The notes: generated by a model from the sequence alone, not told the origin. Positions 8,832 through 19,018 are shown, counted from the first letter of the stretch. The stretch: 32,000 nt of DNA from Methanothermobacter thermautotrophicus str. Delta H (GCF_000008645.1 NC_000916.1:450001-482000); one strand, 5' to 3'. A program made the numbers and translations.

Positions 8832-9866
8832 ATGAATGAGACCGTCAGGGAGTACCTTAATGGACTTGAGTTCCTGAAGCCCCAGGTTTCAGGACCCATG
8901 GAGGTCATACCGGTCCGGGCTCCCGGGGGAAGTCTGAGCTATCTTACATTATCAGAGGCCATGGAAAGGGAAGTGCTCTGGATGGGGGAGGTGGATGAGT
9001 CAGGCTCGGTGCCGCAGGTGCGTGCAGTGAACCGCTCCTGCGAACCCGTGCTCTTAATTGATGGTGAGGAACTTGAGGGTGGCAAGCAGAACCGTGTGAT
9101 CAATGCAACGGTTCTATTACCTGAGGAATCCGAGACAATCATACCTGTGAGCTGTGTTGAACAGGCAAGGTGGTCCTACACCTCAAAGGAGTTCAGGGAC
9201 CCGGGGAGGGTTGCTGCCCTGAATGTCCGCCTTACAAAGACAAGGACAGTTACAGAGAACCTGGAAGGGATGGCCGGACACATCATTGATTCAGGACCAG
9301 AGCAGACACCTGAAGAGAGAGCCATGGAATTCTACCGTTCAAACCAGGGAATGGTATGGGAGGAGGTGAACAGGCTCCACAGGAGGACAGGTACAGAATC
9401 AGGGACCGGAGCAATGGGGGATGCCTACCGGAAGGAGGAAGATAAACTCAACAAATTCAGAAAACCATTCAGACCCGTGAAAGACCAGAAAGGTGTTCTT
9501 GTAGCTATAAACGGGACGATAGCTGGACTCGAATTTGTTTCAAGAGCTGAGGCCTACATGAGGCTCCATGAGAGGATCATAGGAAGCTATGCCATTGAGG
9601 CCATGCTGCATGATAGGGTAGAACATGGCCCCCTGAATGAGGGTAGCTTCATTGAGGAGATAATGGGTGCAGATGAGAAGAGCTACCCATCCCCCAGCTA
9701 CGGTACAGACCACAGGTACACCTCAGATCACATTACCGGTTCAGCCCTCACACACAGGGGTGAGGTGGTGCACTCTGTTTTCTTCAGCCTGGAGAATGAC
9801 CGGTTACCTTGCAGGGCCATGGAAATGATGAGGAGCAATCATCACATATCACAGAACCATCAATGA
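8832..9866 (+). CDS. ARPP-1-like domain protein
   Basis: 'VPQVRAVNRSCEPVLLIDGEELEGGKQNRVINATVLLPEESETIIPVSCVEQARWSY' matches the conserved ARPP-1 core as I recall it. Confidence 0.7.
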   Translation: MNETVREYLNGLEFLKPQVSGPMEVIPVRAPGGSLSYLTLSEAMEREVLWMGEVDESGSVPQVRAVNRSCEPVLLIDGEELEGGKQNRVINATVLLPEESETIIPVSCVEQARWSYTSKEFRDPGRVAALNVRLTKTRTVTENLEGMAGHIIDSGPEQTPEERAMEFYRSNQGMVWEEVNRLHRRTGTESGTGAMGDAYRKEEDKLNKFRKPFRPVKDQKGVLVAINGTIAGLEFVSRAEAYMRLHERIIGSYAIEAMLHDRVEHGPLNEGSFIEEIMGADEKSYPSPSYGTDHRYTSDHITGSALTHRGEVVHSVFFSLENDRLPCRAMEMMRSNHHISQNHQ

Positions 9867-9885
9867 GGAAACACCATCACCCAGT

Positions 9886-9896
9886 TAATATAAATT
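9886..9896 (+). promoter_or_regulatory. TATA-like promoter element upstream of the CobN-like gene
   Basis: 'TTAATATAAATTTTA' in the 9866-9978 intergenic region. Confidence 0.45.
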
Positions 9897-9910
9897 TTAC
9901 CTTATAATAA

Positions 9911-9926
9911 TTAAAGTTAACTTTAA
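9911..9926. promoter_or_regulatory. Perfect 16-bp palindrome TTAAAGTTAACTTTAA, candidate operator
   Basis: Read directly. Lies about 20-35 bp downstream of the TATA-like element, near the expected transcription start. Confidence 0.5.
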
Positions 9927-9977
9927 ATACTGCCTCCCTTAAAGTAAAGCTGAATAAAATTAAAGGGAGGTGAAATT

Positions 9978-12900
9978 ATCAGGAGATTAATAGCACTGCT
10001 TGCAGTGATACTCACAGTTTCACTCACAGGAGCTGTCAGTGCAGCAGAGGTGACAGGACACGTCAGGGAGATATACAATGAAACATCAGGGAGCTACACA
10101 ACCCTGGAAGGTGCGCTACCAGTCAGAAACGCCACTGTAACCATAATACATAACGGATCTGTTCTCAATGAGACACGTACAGCGCCGGATGGCTCATACA
10201 GAATCAACTTCAACGACACATTCCCTGCGGTTGTCCAGATAAAGTATTCCAGCTACAGGACAGCCAGCTACACCATCAACGGCTCATGCACCATCAACCA
10301 CACCTTCATGCCAGATATAGCCATAATAAGTTCGGTTCCAGAGAAGGGCCGCATCCTCAAATCAATGGAGAACCGGAGGATAATCTACCATGACATGTGG
10401 GATCCATCATCATCGGCAAACGACTGGATAATGGAGTACGTGAACTTCGCCTACCTGGACATGGCCATGCCCGGGACAGGATGGGGCGACTCATGGTACC
10501 CCTACCTTCTGAGGAGCCCTGCGAACCAGAGGAACATGATAGCAGCGGCCTTCGGTTACCCCACCGATACAGACAGCGACCATGGGGGGGCACGGGGCTG
10601 AACCTCCTCGGAGGGACACCCGGCAATGACACCCCCGGTACCATTGAGAACACCTACATTGCAAGCTACTATGCCCTTGCATCAGGAACAGCTGCCAGGG
10701 AGAACCTGGAGAACATGGTGAAGTACATCCAGTACCTCATGGGTGAGACCACATCCAACCCAGTGGAGAACGGCCAGGGCCCGGTTATGGCAGCCCCTGA
10801 CTGGGGACTATACCACCCTGACCGTGGCGTCATGAGCGTCGCAGCAAGCAGGGAGCAGATAAGAACCTGGATAGAGGGCAACCCGGGACTCATCCCACCC
10901 TATGACAGCCTCAGGTGGATAGACCAGAACTTCTCATCATGGGCAGAAAACCAGCGAAACGATGTCTACAGAGAATTTGAGAACTGGTACAGTGCAAACA
11001 AGAACATCACAGGACCCTTCATCGTCGTTGTAAGCTACAACCCATCAAACACCGTGGATGCCATAATCCGGGAGGCTGAGAGGCAGGGAAGGGCAGCATT
11101 CAACCTCTACCAGGGTGCCACCAGCCCCGCAGTGAGTTCCCTCCTCGAGGAGCTCACACTGGGTGTCAACGGTAAGGGGCCCCTGAACCGTAACATAAGC
11201 GCCGTCATATCCCTCTACTCCTGGTCCCTCAACTACGCGAACCTGCCATCCGGCGGGGCCCTCAGCGAACTTGAGAGGATCAATCTGCCCGTACTGAAGG
11301 CTGTGCAGCTCTACAGCAACTCAAGCCTGACAAACCCCCTGGGTGCACAGTACGAGTGGACCTGGCAGGTCACAATACCCGGATTTGAGGGCGTGTTCTC
11401 ACCCGTGGTTGTATCATACACCGATTCATCACAGAATGAGGTCGTGATTCAGTCAGGGGTCCGGAAGATGGTCGAACTGGCGAATGCATGGGCCAGACTC
11501 AGGGAACTTGAAAATTCAGAGAAGAAAATTGCGGTGATACTCTACAGCTACCCTCCGGGTAAGGATGGATTCACGGCATCATACCTTGACGTCTTCAGGA
11601 GCCTCCATGAACTCCTTGTGAAGCTCAATGAAAGCGGCTACAGGGTTGAGAGGATACCATCACCTGAGGAGCTCTACACCATCGTCTCAGAGTTCGGTAA
11701 TAAGGGCACCTGGGCCCAGCCACTTCTTGAGAGGTATGTGTCAGAGCACAGGAGGGAGCTGGAAGCCAGAGGTCAGCTGCTCGACATCCAGAGGTACCTT
11801 GAATGGTTCAACGCCCTCCCTGAGAAGCTGCGCTCAGAGGTCATATCAAGGTGGGGCCAGCCCCCAGGCAACATAATGACGGTTAACGGGTCCATCGTCA
11901 TCCCTGGTCTGATGCTGGGGAACATCTTCATAACTGTCCAGCCGGCCCGTGGCTGGGATGAGGTCACAGACTACCATAACCCATATCTGCCACCCCACCA
12001 CCAGTACCTGGCCTTCTACCGCTGGATCGATGAGGTCCTAGGCGCCGATGCCATGGTCCACCTGGGGACCCATGGAACCCTCGAGTTCCTCCCGGGAAGG
12101 ATGATCGGCCTCATGGAGGATGACTGGCCCTTCCAGCTCACCAGTCTGCCCAACATATACCCATACATAGTCTCAAACCCTGGTGAGGGAATGGTGGCAA
12201 AGGACCGCAGCGGTGCACTCATCATAGACCACATGACACCTGCAATGGTCCAGAGTGGCCTCTACGGTGCACTCATTGAGATCCACGACCTCATCCACCA
12301 GTACGAGAACGCCCTTAAGGTCGGTAACAACCAGATACTCCCTGCACTGGAATCCCGGATAAAGACTGAGGCCTCAGAGATGGGCTTCAACATGACCGGT
12401 AACTTCACAGAGGCCCTTGAGAGACTCCACCTCAGTCTACATGAGATAGAGTCAGACATAATACCCCTGGGACTCCACAGCCTCGGCAGGGTCCTTGAGG
12501 GTGACGAGCTCCTGGAGGAGGTTCTCACCATAGCATCATCAAGGTCAGATCTCCTCGAGAATATCAGGAAACAGCTCTATCCGGGTCTGCCAGCCTACAC
12601 TGAGATGCTGAAGGACCCACTGCGCTACAGTGACGAGATAGCCTCAGTGAAGAACCTTGCACGTCTATGGATAGGCAGCATCATAAACGGTACTGTGCCC
12701 TCCGGGATAAATGCCACGGACCTTGAGTTCATCAATGACACCATCATGAAGATACGTGGAAACACCGAATGGCAGAGCATCCTCGCAGCGCTCTCAGGTG
12801 GATTCATAAGACCTGGACTTGCAGGGGACCCTGCCTGGTGTGACGTACTTCCAACAGGCGCCAACTTCTACTCAACAAACCCCAGGAAGATGCCCACAAG

Positions 12901-14448
12901 GGCTGCATGGGAGACCGCAGTGAGGATAGTTGATTCGATGCTTGCAGAGTACTACCAGAAGCATGGCAGCTTCCCTGAACTCATCGGTATGGTTATGTGG
13001 GGCACTGAACTCCTGAGGACCGACGGGATAGCCATTGCAGAGTTCCTATACCTTCTCGGAGTTAAACCCCAGTGGAACAGTAACGGTGACGTCAACCCAG
13101 CCCCGGTCCTCATGAATGCATCAGAACTCATGATAACAGTGAACGGTACCCGGATACCAAGGCCACGTATAGACGTATTTGTAACAGCAGTCACAGGTAA
13201 CCAGCTCTGGATAGACCTCATGAATAAGGCCGTTGAACTTGCAGCTTCAGCCAGTGACACCGAGAACTATGTGAAAAAACATTACAGTGAATGCGGATCC
13301 CTTGACCGTGTATTCGGTCTCAGGGGACTCGTACTCGAGGGTACTGGTGTATCTGATATGACACCTGCAACCTCAAGGTGGAACACCAGCAGTGAACTCG
13401 CAGACGTCTACCTGTCAAGGGTATCCTATGCCTGGAGGTCCACCCCAGGAGGCGTGGATATACAGCAGAACCGGGGCACGTTCCAGTACCTCCTGGGTAA
13501 GGTGAACCTGGTGACACAGAACCTGGACAGCACATGGAGGCTGATGGACACCGACGACTACTATGACTGGTTCGGTGGAATGGTCCTCGCATCAAGGCAC
13601 CTGGGAGGTAACCCCGATACAGCTCTTATAGATATAAGGAACAGGAACACGGTTACAGTGAGAACGGTGGCCGAGGAGATTGAACTTGAGATCAGATCCC
13701 AGCTCCTCAACCCCAAGTACATGGATTCCCTCCTCAATCACCCAGCGGGTGGCTTGAATATGCTTCAAGGTACAAAAATGTCTTTGGAATTGCAGTTACA
13801 ACCGGCAGCGTCAGCAATGAACTCTGGGACCAGCTCGCAAGGAACCTTCTGAGTGACCGCTTCAGGGCATCCGGGGGCTATGAGGCCACTGCAACACAGT
13901 CCATGATTGCCTGGGTCCTTGAAGCCGCAAGGAGAAACATCTGGAGCGCCGACGGTTCCCTGGTGAGGGATCTTGCAAACCGTTACATTGAACTCGCAGG
14001 AGAGTACGGTGTTGTCTGCTGCCACCACACCTGCGCAAACATTGTCTTCAATAACTGGGTGGTGAAGGTCTCATCCCTCAACCAGGCATCCCTCAAGAAG
14101 TTTGCAGCTGCACTGGCTGCAGCCACAGGGAAGTCCATTGATGTCCCTGGCTCTGATGGTTCACAGCCAGGATCAGCAAATGATGGTAGTGGGGTCGGCG
14201 AGACAGGTAAACCGGATTCAGGTTCCGCAGGATCTGCAGGTAGCAGTTCATCAGGCAGTGCATCCACTTCATCATCAGATGCTGCTGGAGAGTCATCATC
14301 CAGTGAAGGAAGAGAATCAGGGAAGGCCTATGAGGTTTCAGCCTCAAATAGCAGCGGTTCAGCAGAGAGTCAGGTGCCCCTCTATGCAATTCTGGGTGTC
14401 GTGGCACTTGTACTGCTCGTAGGATTTGGTTACTTCAGGGGTAAATAA
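9978..14448 (+). CDS. Surface-anchored CobN/BchH (Mg/Co-chelatase H subunit)-like protein, split by two apparent frameshifts
   Basis: Signal peptide-like N-terminus in frame 10005-10601, CobN-like core in ORF ending 13852 ('VHLGTHGTLEFLPGRMIGL', 'NIYPYIVSNPGEGMVAKDRS'), C-terminal part in frame to 14448 ending with a Ser-rich linker and TM helix 'VPLYAILGVVALVLLVGFGYFRGK'. Confidence 0.8.
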
Positions 14449-14525
14449 CCCCAATTCCTTTTTTTTAAGGCTCATAAAATTAATCATGGCCATGAGCTGC
14501 ATCAGCTCTTAAACTAAGCATCATT

Positions 14526-15386
14526 CTAAAGGCAGCCCACCTGTTTCCTGAGTTCAGTCAGAACACGCAGCAGAAGTTTGCTGGTGAGGTGCCACTCCCC
14601 TCCCCTCAGCTCCACGAGGCCCCGGAGCTCAAGCCCCTCAATTTCCTCATCACCAACAGCCCCCTCTGGTATGGGGGCGTCACAGAGATCAGAGAGGATT
14701 CTCTTCTCCACGGGACTGAGCTGTGATAGCTCCACCATCCAGGGAAATGCGATCTGCTGAAACTTGGCAGTGAAGTTCTCCTCCAGCAGCGCCGGCCCAT
14801 AGATGACCCCATCTGAGAGGACGTTCAAGAAGCTGTCAATGAAGAGGGGAAGCCCCTCTGTGAGTCTGTAGATGTAATCCAGGCCTGCAGCTGTGGCCCT
14901 GAATTTGGGTGCCTTCATGCGGATGTAGTTCTCTGTTTCCCTATCCCTAAGGGGTGGTATGTTGACGATGGCCAGTTCAGGTATTCCCTCTTTAATCTCA
15001 TCCAGTAAGTGTCTGCTGTAGGTGGTGGAGACCGCGCATCCCATTGAGTACATACTGCTCATCTTCCAGGCCTCCCTGAAGGCTGATGGTTCAGGTGGCA
15101 TTGAATCTATGAGGATGTTCCACTCAACAGTCCTGGCCAGCGCCATTATCCTCCTGAAGTCTTGTATCCCCTCATGGACCTCCCTTATATCGGCGCACCT
15201 CATATCGATTAGAGTTGTCCTGCTGGGGTTCTCCCCATGGAGTTTCCTAAGAATAGCTGTTTTTCCGGAGCCCCTCATACCTGTTACAATCACGAATCCA
15301 GGGTCATTGAGGCATTCCCTGATCCTTACAAGTTCCCTTTCCCTTCCAAAAAACACATCAGTCCTGTTCAGGGAGATTATGGGCAT
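14526..15386 (-). CDS. P-loop ATPase (archaeal ATPase/STAND-like) with C-terminal wHTH-like region
   Basis: 'FFGRERELVRIRECLNDPGFVIVTGMRGSGKTAILRKL' (Walker A) and 'LSPVEKRILSDLCD...GLVELRGGEWHLTSKLL' (wHTH-like). Confidence 0.8.
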   Translation of the reverse strand: MPIISLNRTDVFFGRERELVRIRECLNDPGFVIVTGMRGSGKTAILRKLHGENPSRTTLIDMRCADIREVHEGIQDFRRIMALARTVEWNILIDSMPPEPSAFREAWKMSSMYSMGCAVSTTYSRHLLDEIKEGIPELAIVNIPPLRDRETENYIRMKAPKFRATAAGLDYIYRLTEGLPLFIDSFLNVLSDGVIYGPALLEENFTAKFQQIAFPWMVELSQLSPVEKRILSDLCDAPIPEGAVGDEEIEGLELRGLVELRGGEWHLTSKLLLRVLTELRKQVGCL

Positions 15387-15405
15387 AAATACACTTATTC
15401 ATGTT

Positions 15406-16008
15406 TTAGAGTACTGCGAGTTCGCCGGCTGAGGTTATTTCAAGCTTTTCCCGGTCGATGAACCCCATGTCACGGAGTTCCCTTATGTGGTTGTAGGTCA
15501 TCCCCCTGCTTATGCCTATCTTAACTGCAAGGTTTTTAACGGATTTTTCACCGGCCTTGAGCTCCTCAAGGACCTGTTTCTTTGTCTTGGAGATTCCGAA
15601 GCTCAGTATCGGGAGGTCTATCAGTTCATTGTCCTCCTCAGTCACATAGACTATGCGCTGGACGTCGTGGTTTCTTGCGTAGCAGCCAAAGAGTGCGCCG
15701 AGTGCCTGGGTCTTCCTGCCCCCGCTTATGTTCACAACCACACGCCTTCCATGGGCCCTTTCCTCGTCTATGATCTCCACCATATCCCTTGCAATGCTCA
15801 CAACGTCATAGAGGCTGGTCTCAAAGGTTGTTATCTCGACGAAGTTGCCGAGGGTGTCCCTGAGAACCTGCTCCACCTGCTCCTTTTCCCTGGGAGCCTT
15901 GTCCTCCTTGAGTAAAACCACCTTTCGCGGTGAGAACTGTGTTATGCAGAACATCACCGGTTCAATGGAGTATATCGTGGATATAAGCGTGGTATCCATT
16001 ATTATCAC
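15406..16008 (-). CDS. CARF-like Rossmann domain + winged-HTH regulator (Csa3-like)
   Basis: '[26 protein letters not shown]...[17 protein letters not shown]' resembles the CARF nucleotide-binding motif. C-terminal '[46 protein letters not shown]' is a wHTH. Confidence 0.65.
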   Translation of the reverse strand: MIIMDTTLISTIYSIEPVMFCITQFSPRKVVLLKEDKAPREKEQVEQVLRDTLGNFVEITTFETSLYDVVSIARDMVEIIDEERAHGRRVVVNISGGRKTQALGALFGCYARNHDVQRIVYVTEEDNELIDLPILSFGISKTKKQVLEELKAGEKSVKNLAVKIGISRGMTYNHIRELRDMGFIDREKLEITSAGELAVL

Positions 16009-16417
16009 GTCCCTCCTGTTTTCCTATCCCAAAGTTTTGTTCACGGAAAACAATTCATCATATTTGAGTTTATATTCTCTGATTACTCTATATATAATTT
16101 TCCTATTTTGATTTTACATTCATAAAAAACGCTTTTTTCTATCAGATCATGAGGTATCCTGCAGGATTAAATTTACAGCTAGCAGCATTCATCATCATAC
16201 CTTGAATTTTAATTCATCCCAATATGGAGATGATGAGATTTCTCTGAGGATACCATGACAGTGAAGGATTGTATAATGAAGTTAATGAAGGCGGCATCCT
16301 ACCAGTGAAAAAAAATTTCTTATCGATGTGGGTAGTATTTGATTATGTCAATAAAAAATGTTAATATTTAAATATAATGAGATGCCTATCATATTTTAGA
16401 TCCATTGATACATTGTA

Positions 16418-16753
16418 GTGGTGTGTATGAGGTTCAGGTACATATGTCACAGAAAACCGGAGCGAACATTCTCATTCAGGGGGCACTACTTCCCTGTTTG
16501 TTCAAGGTGTACCGGCATATACCTGGGGGCCTTCACCTATTTCCTGTATGCATTCCTCATACCTGTGAAGTACACAGCAGCCACTGTGCTTCTGGCATTG
16601 CTTCTTGTGATCCCCACATTCATTGACGGATTCACCCAGCTGATGGGTTACAGGGAAAGCAACAATGTTCTGAGATTCTCAACTGGCCTGCCAGCAGGTA
16701 TTGGACTGGCAGTGCTCACAAAGGTCCTCAAACATCTCATACTCCACATCTGA
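16418..16753 (+). CDS. DUF2085-like membrane protein
   Basis: '[35 protein letters not shown]' matches the DUF2085 signature. Confidence 0.8.
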   Translation: MVCMRFRYICHRKPERTFSFRGHYFPVCSRCTGIYLGAFTYFLYAFLIPVKYTAATVLLALLLVIPTFIDGFTQLMGYRESNNVLRFSTGLPAGIGLAVLTKVLKHLILHI

Positions 16754-16786
16754 TACTCAATGGATCAAAAAGAGGAGGTATTTTAA

Positions 16787-17270
16787 ATGAGCTGGTGGAA
16801 GGAACAGAGTTCAGCCACCAAGGCCGGCGTTCCTCATAGGGGCACTGTGCCTTGGTATGATACTGGTAGTTGCGATAGTTGGAATGATGGCCCCGGATAA
16901 TTCTCAGACCGGAGTAGAATCCGTAGATGAGAGTTCTGGGTCCACAGGAACTGAATCAGATATCGTGGTTGAGGACCTTCAGGTTGTCTCAGAGGGGTAT
17001 GGAAGCTACTCTGTGAAGGGAAAGATCACTCCCAGCATTGACTTCTCCTACCTTGAAATGCACCTGAAGTGGTACGACTCAGAGGGGAACCTTCTCTATG
17101 ATGACCCTCTGGCATGGAACATAAACAATGCCAAGGCAGGGCAGACAGTTAAGTTCAGTGCAGTTGACTATATTGACACAGGGACCCCCTCCAAGGTTGA
17201 AGTTATGATCTTTGACTCACTGGCAGCGGATGATAGCTCAGCCATCTACAGGACAACAGTGAATGTTTAA
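16787..17270 (+). CDS. Membrane-anchored secreted protein, FxLyD-like (apparent N-terminal frameshift)
   Basis: GAGGAGGT RBS then ATG at 16787 gives MSWWKEQSSATKAG; the TM helix 'FLIGALCLGMILVVAIVGMM' and the rest are in the frame ending at 17270. Confidence 0.6.
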
Positions 17271-17285
17271 GGGAGGTGAACGGGT

Positions 17286-17600
17286 ATGGCGGACGCTCCA
17301 GAAACATCAAGGACACTTGAACTTGTCCTTGGAGTGATAGGCGGGATTTTCGGTTTACTGGGAGGACTTTTTGCCATTGTTTTCTCGGTATTTGGACCCG
17401 AACTCCTGTACCTGGGTATGAGTGCAATTCTGGCCTCAATTCTGGGTATCATAGGATCTGTGTATGTGAGGAATAACCCCCGCAGGGGTGGTGCTGTACT
17501 CATAATAAGTGCAGTATGGCTCCTCATAAGCATATCTGCCTTTGCGATTCCAGGTACAGTTTTCATTGGTATCGCAGGAGTCCTTGCCCTCATAAGGTAG
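17286..17600 (+). CDS. DUF4064-like small membrane protein
   Basis: 'SRTLELVLGVIGGIFGLLGGLFAIVFSVFG' and further TM segments. Confidence 0.6.
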   Translation: MADAPETSRTLELVLGVIGGIFGLLGGLFAIVFSVFGPELLYLGMSAILASILGIIGSVYVRNNPRRGGAVLIISAVWLLISISAFAIPGTVFIGIAGVLALIR

Positions 17601-17631
17601 GGCTCCACCAATTTTTTTATATGGAGGTATC

Positions 17632-18329
17632 GTGTTGAAAACTTGCTCGGAATGTGGATCAGAAAACAGGGATGGTGCAGCATTCTGTTCAAAATGTGGA
17701 TCAGAGCTTCCCCATGAAGACGGGATTAAAGGATGGTGGAAAAGGCAGAACAGATCCTCAAAGTTTCTTATCATCACACCCTTTGCCATTCTGGTCCTGA
17801 TTCTACTGTTAGGTGCATTTACAGAGCCGTCCGGTTACAGCGATGTTAATTATGATGATGCAACAGTCTATGATAACGATGCAGCTGACGTTTCAGGCGC
17901 ATCCAGCACAAAAACATTTGGGGAAGCGGAATCTCGTTCAGCTATCCAGACACATGGGAAATCTACATACCGGATGAGAGTAGTGATGATAACGTTGTTT
18001 CCCTCAAGTCATATGAGCAGGGCATGGTTTCAATTCTTTCCGTATATAAGAGGCCAGCCACCGTGGACCTTGAGACCGAGCGCGATACGTGTCTTGGAGC
18101 CATCTATGAAAATGGGGATGATGTAACCTATGTTAAGAAGACCACTGTGGACGGTAACAGCGCCTACATCATAGGATCCTCATACTACTATGAGGGTGAT
18201 GAAGGTGAACAGGAGTACGTGGTATTCATTGAAGGGGACTATGCCTATGATATCCTCTTTACAACCGATGACCTGTCACTTATACAGGATGACATAGATA
18301 CCATAATATACAGTTTCAGGGTTGATTGA
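17632..18329 (+). CDS. Zinc-ribbon, TM-anchored protein with the 'GISFSYPDTW' domain (apparent internal frameshift)
   Basis: 'CSECGSENRDGAAFCSKCGSEL' zinc ribbon, TM helix; the exported domain reads GISFSYPDTWEIYIPDESSDDNVVSLKSYEQGMVSILSVYK in another frame, ending at 18329. Confidence 0.7.
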
Positions 18330-18879
18330 GGTGTCTGATAGGACCATCCTGGTAATTGTGGCTGTCATGGTTATCCTCGCCGGGGCGGCGGTGGCACTGC
18401 AGCTCATGGACACCTGCAGCACTTCAGGTGCCGGTGAAGAGGCTATCATCAAAAAAACAGATGATGGATACTACCTCAACCTCCAGGCAGCCCTGGAGCT
18501 TGCAGAGATGGACCCTCGCAATGGAACCGTGAACTACAGGGGCTTCAACTTCACCGGACCACAGCGCCTCTACATCTTCTCAAGGGCCGTGGTAATGATA
18601 GGATTCAATGACACTGGCATGATACACGTCAGGGATTACGGGGGACCTGAGGACCCCTACGGCTACCTTGACACCGCCACCCTCACAGAGAGCGAGTACC
18701 TTGACATGGCAGAGCGCACCTACACATGGATGGAATCCCATGGCAGAAGCCCCAACCATGTGGGGATCTACGTGAAGGGCTCACCTGATATAACGCCAGA
18801 GCTTGCAGAGAAGATCTTCAGGGAGGTCCTCCTTGAATACATGAGGACAGGAATGCTCCCTGAAATCATAAGCGTCTGA
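18322..18879 (+). CDS. Membrane-anchored protein with one pseudomurein-binding-repeat-like motif
   Basis: N-terminal TM helix; 'LTESEYLDMAERTYTWMESHGRSPNHVGIYVKG...ITPELAEKIFREVLLEYMRTG' resembles a PMBR. The start may be GTG at 18331. Confidence 0.5.
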   Translation: MIEVSDRTILVIVAVMVILAGAAVALQLMDTCSTSGAGEEAIIKKTDDGYYLNLQAALELAEMDPRNGTVNYRGFNFTGPQRLYIFSRAVVMIGFNDTGMIHVRDYGGPEDPYGYLDTATLTESEYLDMAERTYTWMESHGRSPNHVGIYVKGSPDITPELAEKIFREVLLEYMRTGMLPEIISV

Positions 18880-19018
18880 AGAACCATTCCCTTATTTTTT
18901 TAACAGGGATACCCATAAATCCTGTTACTGACAGATCAGAGAGTATCTGAATAGGTGCGTCAGCAGAACCAGAGAGAATAACTGTGAACCCCACAGAATC
19001 ACAGAGGGATGCGATAAC

